From: an uncultured Gemmatimonadales bacterium | GTDB lineage: Bacteria; Gemmatimonadota; Gemmatimonadetes; Longimicrobiales; RSA9 | Length of the DNA stretch: 64,000 nucleotides | Reading direction: 5' to 3' | NCBI GenBank assembly: GCA_963798085.1 | Contig: CAWCRS010000001.1 | Location: forward strand, 224,001-288,000 | Part shown: positions 38,737 through 47,760 of the stretch, piece after piece | How the letters are laid out: the number at the start of each line of letters is the position of its first letter | Position numbering within the stretch: position 1 is the first letter of the stretch | The notes under the pieces: generated by a model | The model's input: only the letters and a program-made list of their open reading frames with translations | What the model was told of the DNA's origin: nothing | Database searches by the model: none | Position numbers and translations under genes: made by a program

Positions 38737-41700
38737 GTGCGCCGTTTTCTTGGCGCCGTGAACAACGCGGGAATCTTCGAGGCGGCGCTGCACGCGCCGG
38801 GTGGCCGGAATGTGCTGGAGGCTCTGGTGGCGGCTCTGGGGCTCGAGGCGCAGGCGCGGCCGATCGCGCCGGAGCAGTATGGCGCATGGGATGTCGCGGA
38901 CGTGGCGGACCTGCGCTGGTTCGCGGCGCTCGCTGAGCGCGGCAGCATGCTGGTCCTGGCATTCGAGCTGGCCGCGGAGCCTTCGCCCTCACGCGTGGCG
39001 GATCTGTCGCAGCGCGTACGACGCGCGGACGGCGAACGCGAGCATCTGCTGCTGGTGACGGACGCCCAGTGCCGGCGCATTGCGGTGGCGTGTCACGGCC
39101 TCGAAGGCGAGCTGCGCCATCTGACCATTGAGCGACAGGCCGTGCGCGCGACCGACCTGGAAGCGCTGCAGGAAATGATCGCGCTGCCCGAGGAAGGCGG
39201 CATCGCGCTGGTCCTGCGCTTTGCGCGTGCTCTCGACCGTTCCCGGGTCACGGTGCGCTTCTTCGTGGACTTCCGCGCCCAGCGTGCCCGTGTCGCAGCG
39301 GCGTGGCAGGGCGTACCGGCGCAGGCGAAAGGCGATCGCGAGCAGCTGGCCCTGCTGTTCCTCTGTCGCCTGATGTTTCTCTACTTCCTGCAGCGTCGCG
39401 GACATCTCGCAGGCGACGACGCGTTCCTGGCCAATCTCGTGCGCCGGTGGCAGCAGCGGCGATCGCGACGACGCACCTTCTTCCGGCGCGTGCTGGAGCC
39501 GCTGTTCTTCGGTGCGCTGAACACGCGGCCGCAGCAGCGCACGGCAGCGGCGAAGGCGCTGGGCGATCTGCCGTACCTGAATGGCGGCCTCTTCGAGCGC
39601 TCGGCGGTGGAGCACCGTCATCCCCGGCTGGATCTGGGCGACGACGCAGCCCTCGGTGTCTTCGAGCAGCTGCTCGAGCGCTATCGCTTCACCACGCGTG
39701 ATTCGGCCGACGAGGTGGCGGATGGCGAAGCGGCGCTGGGCATCGATCCGGAGATGCTGGGTCGCGTGTTCGAGGGCATGATGGCGGGCGAGCGGCGAGG
39801 CGACACGGGCACGTTCTTCACGCCTGCCGCCGCCGCGGATCGACTGGTCTCCGCGACACTGGGCGCACACATCGGTACCCGGCTGGGCCTCAGTGAAGCG
39901 AGCGCTGCGTGCGTCGTGAGCGGCGATGTGAGCACGCTCGATTGCGTCGGGAGGGAGCGCCTCGCCGGGCTCTTGCGCGACCTGCGCGTGCTCGATCCGG
40001 CGTGCGGTTCGGGCGCGTTCCTGCTGGCCGCGCTGTCGCGCGTGAGCGGGCTGCGCGCGCGGCTCGATGGCGGTGATGCCGTGCGCGCCCGCTGGGACAT
40101 TGTCGCCCGATCGCTGCACGGCGTCGACCTGCAGTCGGATGCCGCGCTGCTCTGCGCACTGCGACTCTGGCTGGCGCTGACGTTCGCGCAGCCGGCCGGC
40201 GCGGTGACGCCGCTGCCCAACCTCGATCGTCGCATCCGCCAGGGTGACGTGCTGCTGGATCCGCTGGACGTGTTGTCCGCGGAGGGACCGGGCTCTCCGG
40301 AGTGGTCGGCCGCGGCGGACCCGGTAGTGCGGCGCGCAGCCGCCGCGCTGGGGTCCCTGGCAGTCTGTTACGTGGGCGCGGAGCCGGGCGAGCGCGAAAC
40401 CGTGCGGCGCGAGCTGGCCAATGGCGAGCGCGTGCTGGCGAAGGCGTGGCTGGAGGCCGTGCAGCGGGGCCTGGCGCATCGCGTCGGTGGACTGCGTGTG
40501 CGCGCCGCGCAGCGCGACCTCTGGGGCTTGCCCGGCGACGATGCGCGTGCGGCCTCGGCGGCGCTGCCGCGCGTCGAGGCCAATGTGCGTCAGGTGCGGA
40601 GGCTGCTGTCGGCGATCGACGAATCGAGCGCGCTGCCCTTCTTTTCGTTTGCCGTGCATTTCGCCAATGCCGCGCTGTCCGGCTTCGATCTGGTGCTCAC
40701 GAATCCGCCGTGGGTGCGTGCGCATCGCTGGCCTGCGACGCTGCGCCGCATGCTGCGTCGCCGGTACGCCGTGTGTCGCGATCCCGGCTGGCGGCGAGGC
40801 GCACAGCTGGCGCGCGCGCCGCTGGCGGCGGGGGCGCAGGTGGATCTCGCGCTGCTCTTCCTCGAGCGCTCGCTGCGCGCGCTGGCGGAGGGTGGCACGC
40901 TCGGCATTCTGCTGCCGGCCAAGCTGCTGCGTTCGCTGTACGGCGGCCCCGCCCGGCGTATGCTGTTGCGCGACACGCGGCTGTCGCTCGTCGAGGATCA
41001 CTCGCTGGATCAGCACGCCATCTTCGCAGCCGACTCGTTCACCACCGCGATCGTCGCCACGCGACGCGGCATGTCCGAGACGGCGGTCGGGACGACGTCT
41101 CCGGGTGTGCGCATCGCCATGCACCGCCGCGGCGCACCGCCGCTGCGTTTCGTGCTGGATGCGGCCTGTCTGCCGGTGTTCCCCGGCGACCTGGATGCGC
41201 CCTGGCTGCTGGCGCCGCCCGCGGTGAACGGCGTGTTGCGCAGGCTGCAGCAAGCGGGCCCGCCGCTGGGCTGCCGGCTGCGCGTGCGGCGGGGCATCTT
41301 CACCGGTTCTAACAATGTGTTATTGGTGCGCGAGGTCACGCCGCGGCTGGGCGGACTGGCCGAGATCCGGGCGCAGGGCTGGCACACGAGCGGGCGGGGT
41401 GGCGGCCGGCGGGCCAGGGAGTACGAGGCGCTGATCGAGAGCGCGGTGCTGCGCCCGCTGCTGCGTGGTGGCGACATCTCAGCGTGGCGGTGTCGCCCTG
41501 CACACTGGGTCATCTGGCTGCACGACGATACGGGTCGCGCCGTCGCCCCGCCGCCCCGTCTGGCTGCCTACCTCGAGCGTCATCGTACGAAACTGGAGCA
41601 GCGCTCAGGTACGCGCGCGGGCACCCCGCTGGGCAGTGTGTTCCGCGTGTCCGCTGAAGCGCTCGGTCCGAAAGTCGTGTGGCACGACCTGGCCGACACG

Positions 41701-42126
41701 CTCAAGGCGGTGGCGGTGCCGGGTGAGGTGCGCACTGCGCTGGGCTGTGGCCAGCCGATGGTCCCGCTCAACACCGTGTACTTCATCGCCACGCATGACG
41801 AGCGCGAATCCCTGCTGCTGGCGGCGCTGCTGAACTCCCTTCCCGTGCGCACCTTCGCGCGCACCATTGCGGAGCGCGCGAAGGATGCGCGCTTCCGCTT
41901 CTTCGCCTGGGTGCTGGGCGTGCTGCCGCTGCCTGCCGCGTGGCGCGACGGCGTGCACGCGCAACGCATGCTCGGGCTTTCCCGCGCCGCGCACGAGCGC
42001 GGCTGTGTTTCCGCCGATGAGCAGGCCGAGCTGGACGGCCTGGTGGGGGGCCTCTACGGCCTGTCCGCGGTGGACCTCGAGCAGCTCGCCCGTTTCGATG
42101 CCTGGTTGTCCGGGAGAACAACATGA
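38737..42126 (+). CDS. Eco57I/type IIG-like amino-DNA methyltransferase
   Basis: RLMFLYFLQ, PYLNGGLF, IDPEMLGRVFE, GTFFTP, VLDPACGSGAFL (motif I), LTNPPW (motif IV), C-terminal TRD-like region (LNTVYF...ALLNS). Confidence 0.88.
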   Translation: MRRFLGAVNNAGIFEAALHAPGGRNVLEALVAALGLEAQARPIAPEQYGAWDVADVADLRWFAALAERGSMLVLAFELAAEPSPSRVADLSQRVRRADGEREHLLLVTDAQCRRIAVACHGLEGELRHLTIERQAVRATDLEALQEMIALPEEGGIALVLRFARALDRSRVTVRFFVDFRAQRARVAAAWQGVPAQAKGDREQLALLFLCRLMFLYFLQRRGHLAGDDAFLANLVRRWQQRRSRRRTFFRRVLEPLFFGALNTRPQQRTAAAKALGDLPYLNGGLFERSAVEHRHPRLDLGDDAALGVFEQLLERYRFTTRDSADEVADGEAALGIDPEMLGRVFEGMMAGERRGDTGTFFTPAAAADRLVSATLGAHIGTRLGLSEASAACVVSGDVSTLDCVGRERLAGLLRDLRVLDPACGSGAFLLAALSRVSGLRARLDGGDAVRARWDIVARSLHGVDLQSDAALLCALRLWLALTFAQPAGAVTPLPNLDRRIRQGDVLLDPLDVLSAEGPGSPEWSAAADPVVRRAAAALGSLAVCYVGAEPGERETVRRELANGERVLAKAWLEAVQRGLAHRVGGLRVRAAQRDLWGLPGDDARAASAALPRVEANVRQVRRLLSAIDESSALPFFSFAVHFANAALSGFDLVLTNPPWVRAHRWPATLRRMLRRRYAVCRDPGWRRGAQLARAPLAAGAQVDLALLFLERSLRALAEGGTLGILLPAKLLRSLYGGPARRMLLRDTRLSLVEDHSLDQHAIFAADSFTTAIVATRRGMSETAVGTTSPGVRIAMHRRGAPPLRFVLDAACLPVFPGDLDAPWLLAPPAVNGVLRRLQQAGPPLGCRLRVRRGIFTGSNNVLLVREVTPRLGGLAEIRAQGWHTSGRGGGRRAREYEALIESAVLRPLLRGGDISAWRCRPAHWVIWLHDDTGRAVAPPPRLAAYLERHRTKLEQRSGTRAGTPLGSVFRVSAEALGPKVVWHDLADTLKAVAVPGEVRTALGCGQPMVPLNTVYFIATHDERESLLLAALLNSLPVRTFARTIAERAKDARFRFFAWVLGVLPLPAAWRDGVHAQRMLGLSRAAHERGCVSADEQAELDGLVGGLYGLSAVDLEQLARFDAWLSGRTT

Positions 42127-42770
42127 GTCCCGTCCTGCGCCACGCCTCGCCCACCCCTGCCTTTGTCTTCGACGACGACGCCTCGCCCGGGGCGCGCGCG
42201 GTGCTGCGTTTTCTGCTGCGGCACGCGCACGTCGTCGACCTGGCAGTCTCCAACATACGGTTAGCGGCCTTGAGCTTCGCGCGTGAGGACCTGGTGGGCG
42301 TGCGTTCGGCGCGCGTGCTGATCGCCGGTTTCGACAACCTGGGCCTGCTCAATGCGGTGGATGCCGCGGCGGACCTGCCGGCGCACGCGGCTGGACTCGC
42401 CGTGCTGCACGGCTTTCTCGCCAGCGGGCGCCTGGAGATACGCTCGTCCGGCGTGCAACGCTGGACGCCCGACTTCTGCATCGCCGGCGGGCCGCCGCTG
42501 GCGAGGTGGTTCCCGGATGGCGCAGCCAGTCTCATCGGCAACCTGGGTCTGGGTGCGGCACACCCGTACCGCCGGCCCTTGCTGACATCGCTGTTGACGG
42601 GCCGTCGCTCCATCCGCACGGTGCGGCGGGGCTTTGAACGCGTGTGGATGGCCGGTCACGACATACGGGCCGTGGTCGCCGAAGCGCTGGCCGGAGTGGT
42701 GGCCGGGAGCGGCATCAACGAAGCGGGAAGGGCGCGCGAAGACCACGGAGGAGCGGCAGCTGCGCAATGA
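42123..42770 (+). CDS. Degenerate phospholipase-D-fold protein
   Basis: ATGA-coupled to both neighbours. DLAVS...RVLI...FL.SG.LEIR...IG....F...W skeleton of PLD domains, but HxK is replaced by WTPD. Confidence 0.6.
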   Translation: MSPVLRHASPTPAFVFDDDASPGARAVLRFLLRHAHVVDLAVSNIRLAALSFAREDLVGVRSARVLIAGFDNLGLLNAVDAAADLPAHAAGLAVLHGFLASGRLEIRSSGVQRWTPDFCIAGGPPLARWFPDGAASLIGNLGLGAAHPYRRPLLTSLLTGRRSIRTVRRGFERVWMAGHDIRAVVAEALAGVVAGSGINEAGRAREDHGGAAAAQ

Positions 42771-45680
42771 AACCGGCACCCGAATCCGCCGCCTCTCCAG
42801 TGCCTGGATTGTGGCGACGGGTCCCGGCGCGGGATCTGGTGCTGCGTCTGCTGCAGTCCGAGTTCGGAGCCTCCGCGGGGAGTGCTGCATCCGCCAATCG
42901 CTGGGGTGGGTCCCCGAATGATGCGCGTGCTGATGCTTTCGACCGCACGTGAGGAAGTGCGCACGTTCCCGCTTGCCGACTTCCAGGAGTCTGCCGTACG
43001 CCGGGCCCGGGAGATCCTGGCAAGTCGTGGAGGCGTGCTGATCGCGGACAGTGTGGGCATGGGCAAGACGTTCGTGGCGCTTGCACTCATCGAAAGCGCG
43101 CTCTCGGAGGGCGCTGCCTGTGTGCTGGTGGTGTCGCCCGCCGGGCTTCGCTCTCACTGGACGCCTCACCTGCGGCGGCTGGCACGCGCGCATGCGGTGC
43201 CCTTCTTCGGGCGCGGCGCTCGTGCTGCGGCGCAGGGCCCGCCGTCGCGGCCGTCAGGGAACGGCGGGCCCGTGCTCGGCTGGGCTTCGATCGCCATGAT
43301 TGCTCTGGGGCGCTGGACCGCCGCGCTGGAGGCGCCGCAGCTGCTGGTGGTGGACGAGGCGCACGCTTTCCGCAACCCTCTAACCAGGCGTTATCGGCAT
43401 CTCGCCTGGCTGGCCCGGTCCGCGCGGGTGGTACTGCTGTCGGCCACTCCCGTCAACAACTCGCTGCTCGATCTCTATCACCTGCTGCGACTGTTTCTGG
43501 GCCATGGCGACCTCGAGGACATGGGCGTACCCGACCTGCGTGCCGCGTTGCGGGCGGCCTCGCGTTCGCCGGACGGCCGGCTGCCGGCACCGCTGGACGC
43601 CGCCATTGCGGCCGTGATGGTACGGCGTACGCGCCACCTGCTGCTCTCCCGTGAGCCCGCGCTCGCCGCACGCTTTCCCCGCCGGGCTTCGCCAAAGGCC
43701 GTGCTGTACGACATGGACGTCGTAGCTCCCCGTTTCTTCGAACGTGCGGGCGAGCTCGTGCACGACCTGAGGCTTGCGGCTTTCGATGGTGACGCCCTGC
43801 ACGTCACGACTGCGGCGCTGCTGCGGTGCGTGCTGCTCAAGCGTCTGGAATCGAGCGTCGCTGCTTTGCACGCCACGGCGCAATCGCTGGAGCGCTACCT
43901 CGGTGCGTTCAGCGAGGCGCTGGCGGCGGGCTACCGGTTGCGCGCCACCGATCATCGCGCTCTCACGAGCAGGGGCGAGGGACAGCTGGTGTTCCTGCCC
44001 CTGGCGTTACCGCCAGCGAGCGCCCGCGTCGATCGGACGGCCTTGCTGGCGAGCGCCGCGGCGGACTGCATGGTGCTGCAACGTCTGCGGGCCCTGGTGC
44101 GGCCCGCGTTGCTCCAGGATCCCAAGCTGTGCGCGCTGCGCGAGCTGCTCCGGACCGAGCTGGCCGGGCGGAAGACGCTGGTCTTTACGGAATACCGCGA
44201 AACCGCGACGCACCTCTGGCAATCGCTGCGCGGAGAATTTCGAGTCGCGCTTGTGCATGGCGGCGGCGCTCGGATGGGGGGTCTGCGGGCAGGACGGCGG
44301 GAGACGATCGAGCTGTTCTCGCCTGCGGCCAGCGGTCGGCGGGCGCCCCGCGAGTCGGAGCGCATTGACGTGCTGATTGCCACGGACGTGCTGGCGGAGG
44401 GCTTCAATCTGCAGGATGCGTCGGATGTGGTGAGCTACGATCTGCCGTGGAACCCGGTGCGACTGATTCAGCGCGCCGGTCGCATTGACCGTCTCGGATC
44501 GCCGCACGCCCGCATCTGCTGTCACAGCTTCCTGCCGGGTGCGGGCCTCGAACCGCTGCTTGGTCTGGTCGAGCGCCTCAATACGAAGCTGTCGGCGATC
44601 CGGGCGGGTGTGGGCGTTGAGGCCAGGGTATTGCCGGCACTCGCAGCCGGCGAATCAGGCCGTCGCGCGACGGGGCGCCGTGGCGCACGCCGCGACAGCG
44701 CGCCGCCGTCCCGTGCGGCGGGTGCCCAGGCGAACGCCGGCACGCACAGTGCGCAGTCGTTCATTGCGCCCGAGGAAGGAGCAGGCGCGCCGGCGCCGGC
44801 ATTGGCTGCGCGCGTGATACGGCGACTGGCCGCGGGTGATGCCACGCTCTTCGACGACCTGGAGGAGCAGGAAGACTGTGTTCTCGCCATCGAGGAGCGG
44901 CTCCGCGTGGCGTATCAACGGTCGCAGAGAGAACGGGAGTCGCAGATCCGTGCCGGCCACCCTGACGACGTGTTGGAAGTCGCGCTGCTCACCGGCCCGG
45001 GTGACGGGCAGCCCTGCTGTGTGGCCGCGGTGGAAGTTCGCGGCAGGCTGCGCTGGTGCCTGGTGTCGGCGAATCAGGAGGTCACGGAAGACAGGACGAG
45101 CGCGTTCGGACTGCTGCTGCGCGGGCTCGAAGCCGGGCCGCGCGCTGCCCCGGATGCGGCCATGCCGGATGCCTTGCTCGCAGCCGCTGCAATGCGTGCG
45201 GCGCAGGCAGTGGTGCGGTTTTCGGCTGCATGGTCGCGACCGGCTGCTGCGGCGGCGGGTCGCGTGCGGTGGGTACTGCGCACCCGCGTGCTGCGCAGCC
45301 TGGCGGTGGAGCCGGGCGGTGCGGACGCCGCGCTCTGTGCGCGCGCCGAACGCGTGCTTGCGGCGCTGGCGGCAGGTGGTCGCGCCGGCACTGACATCGC
45401 GTTAGCGGAGCTGCTGCGCAGACCCGGCCCGCGCGCAGCGGACGGTGCTCGTGGGCCGCAGCGCACAGCGGACAGTCTTCGTGGGCCGCCGCGCGCAGCG
45501 CTTCGCCCGGGCTCGACCGCACTGCTGCTCGACGGCATGGAGGCGGCTCTGGGCGCGGGCCGCGGAGCAGCCGGGCGACCACCGCCCGGCGCCGCCTCCG
45601 GCTCGGAGACTCGGAGCACCAGCGGTCAGCCTGCCGTGCCGCGTATCACCGGGATCCTTGTGGTCGCACGCCCGCCGTGA
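42767..45680 (+). CDS. SNF2-family (SF2) helicase (probable +1 frameshift at ~42917)
   Basis: LADFQ, IADSVGMGKT, VVDEAH, LLSATPVNN, KRLESS, VFTEY, TDVLAEGFNLQ, DLPWNP.RL.QRAGRIDR. ATG 42767 overlaps the PLD stop and lies one base out of frame with the main ORF. Confidence 0.85.
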
Positions 45681-45800
45681 ACGCACGCCGGTCGGGATCG
45701 CGGATGCTGGATCGCCGGACTGGCGGACCGGCGGGACCGGCGGACGGGTGGATTGGGCGATCGGCGAATCGGCGAGAATCGAGCAGGGCAGCGAAACCGA

Positions 45801-45836
45801 CCAGCCCCCGCCCGCGTCGAGGCGGGCAGGGGCTGG
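45801..45836. terminator. Stem-loop between convergent genes
   Basis: ccagcccc-c-gcccgc / gcgggc-a-ggggctgg stem with gtcgag loop. Confidence 0.6.
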
Positions 45837-45863
45837 ACGGAGAAGGTCGCCTGTAATGTTGTG

Positions 45864-47229
45864 TCAGTCCGGCACGACCCATGTGTTGCCGGTGCCACCC
45901 TTGACTGCGTGCACCAGTCCCGAGTTCGGTGCGGAGTCGGATCGTGGAGGACGTCCGCCGAACATGTTGAAGTCGAGCGCAGCCACGCCGGGCAGCGGTA
46001 TGGTAATGGTGAAGCTGCCCTCGACCTTGTCGGGGATGGTGATGGCCAATGTGACGAGGATCCCGGTGAGCGTGCGCGGCTCGACCAGAGTCAGCGTGCA
46101 GCCGGTGACAACGCAGTGCACGCGCACGGAGATGTCCATCGGCGAAGGGGCGCCGACGTGGCCGCTGAACAGGTAGTCACCGGCGCCGCGGAAGCGCGTC
46201 GTCAGGATGAAGTTGTCGGTCGGTCCGCCGTTCTTGAACTCCCAGCCGTACGTCGTCAGGCCGACATCCTCGCCGCCCGTGTTGTCGCCGAGCGGGTCGA
46301 GGAGATAGCCGATGTTGGAGCGGCGGGGCTCGCTGATCAGCTTGACTGTCGAGGTTCCGCCCGGTCCCGCAGGCGGCAGGTCGCCGACGAACACGTTGCT
46401 GCCCTGATCACCCTGGGCCACGGCGTTGGTCTCGACGATCGCGTCGAAACCGGTGCCGGTGCTGAAACCGTCGAGAATGGCAGCTCGTTGCGCCCGCGGG
46501 CGCCGTGGTGACACCGAGCAGGATGCCGCGCGGCAGATTGGCGTAGGCCGAAGCCCACGACGGCAGCGGCGGCACCGGCCCGGTCAGCGGCAGAATGATG
46601 AAGACATTCTCTGTGCTGGGCAGTGTCAGCGTATGACCGGCCGCATCCAGGAAGTTGCAGTCCAGGGCGCCGCCGCGGATGAACTGAAGTGTGATGTTGT
46701 GCGTGTCGGGCGGCCCGGACAGCACGAGTCCGGGATTGACCACGAGCCGGGAATAGTTGGGTGGGTCGAGCGGGACCCAGCCTGTCGCTGCACTGGGGTC
46801 GTACAGCACACCCAGGTTGTTCACGCCCTGTGTGCCGCTCGTGTTGATGAGAGGCGACCCTTCGGGGAGCGGGGCCAGCACGAGCGGCTGCTCGAGGCCG
46901 GGCAGAATCGGACCCGGGTCCTTGAGGTTGCGGGCGTGCAGTAGATAGCTGCCATCAGGGAGCTCGAAGTCCGCGAGACCCAGCGGACCGGCCTGCTCCA
47001 CGTCGTATTCCCCGGTTGCCACGTTGGCGGCGGTCACGACGGCGCCGGGCACCGGATTCTGATCCGGGTCCAGGACGGTGACCACTACCTTGTGGGTGCC
47101 AGGGCTCAGGGAGGCTGCGGGACTGAACTGCGGGCTGGATGGTCCGCGCTCCTGAGAGCACGCGGCCAGCGTCGCTGTCAGCGCAAGAACACATGCGCCG
47201 ACCGAGCGCAACATCGCGTTGGGCTTCAT
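45864..47229 (-). CDS. Lipoprotein with carboxypeptidase-regulatory-like beta domain (frameshifted at ~46476)
   Basis: MKPNAMLRSVGACVLALTATLAAC lipobox. V.VLD....PVPGA.V...G...F.LPDG.Y. Joins ORF 45864-46514 after removing one base at GAATG 46475-46479. Confidence 0.7.
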
Positions 47230-47490
47230 GGGAACCTCGGGGAGTAGGTTCTGAGTACGCGGCGGGGCGTCCCTGCCCCCCGGTGCACGAGCAATGATTC
47301 CATGCATTGCCGACGGTCTACGACCGTCCGGGGCGTGCAACCGGTTCGGGAACGTGCGGCGCGCGAAATATCGGTGTGACGCGCCGAGCACGGCAAGTAG
47401 TGTTCCTGTCCACATCCACTTTGACGGCTTCCTGGCGCGGTTTTCTCTCCAGTCGTGGAATGCGACGGGGCCGGGGCTGTGGATCAGCCT

Positions 47491-47638
47491 CGTTGCCTGG
47501 GCTGATTGCTGGGGCTGGCCACCTGGGAACGGATTGGTGTTCGAGGGTCCACGGCAGGACGCGTCGACCCGCCCGTCTCGCGGATCGGGCGGCATTTCGC
47601 TCCCGAGCAACCAGCCCCAGGAACCAGCCCCGGCAACG
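47491..47638. repeat. Imperfect 38-bp inverted repeat pair (REP/MITE-like)
   Basis: 47491-47528 versus the reverse complement of 47601-47638: 30/38 identical by manual alignment. Related to repeats at 2649 and 7127. Confidence 0.6.
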
Positions 47639-47760
47639 CAGTCCGCGGTCCGAATGGGAAATCTCGAGACGGATTTCGTCTCACATGTGAGGCGAGGTGG
47701 AGGCGCGGGTAGGCGAACCGGGGCGTCGCCTGATACATTGATTCAAAACGCAATGAGGAG

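Noticed and set aside
38737..45680. Complete DISARM or BREX system
   Set aside because: No drmA/drmB (DUF1998), pglZ or brxC in the window. Only partial component similarity.
45700..45780. Short ggcggac-type 8-9-nt repeats after the helicase
   Set aside because: Degenerate low-complexity GC-rich sequence with too few units to support a feature.
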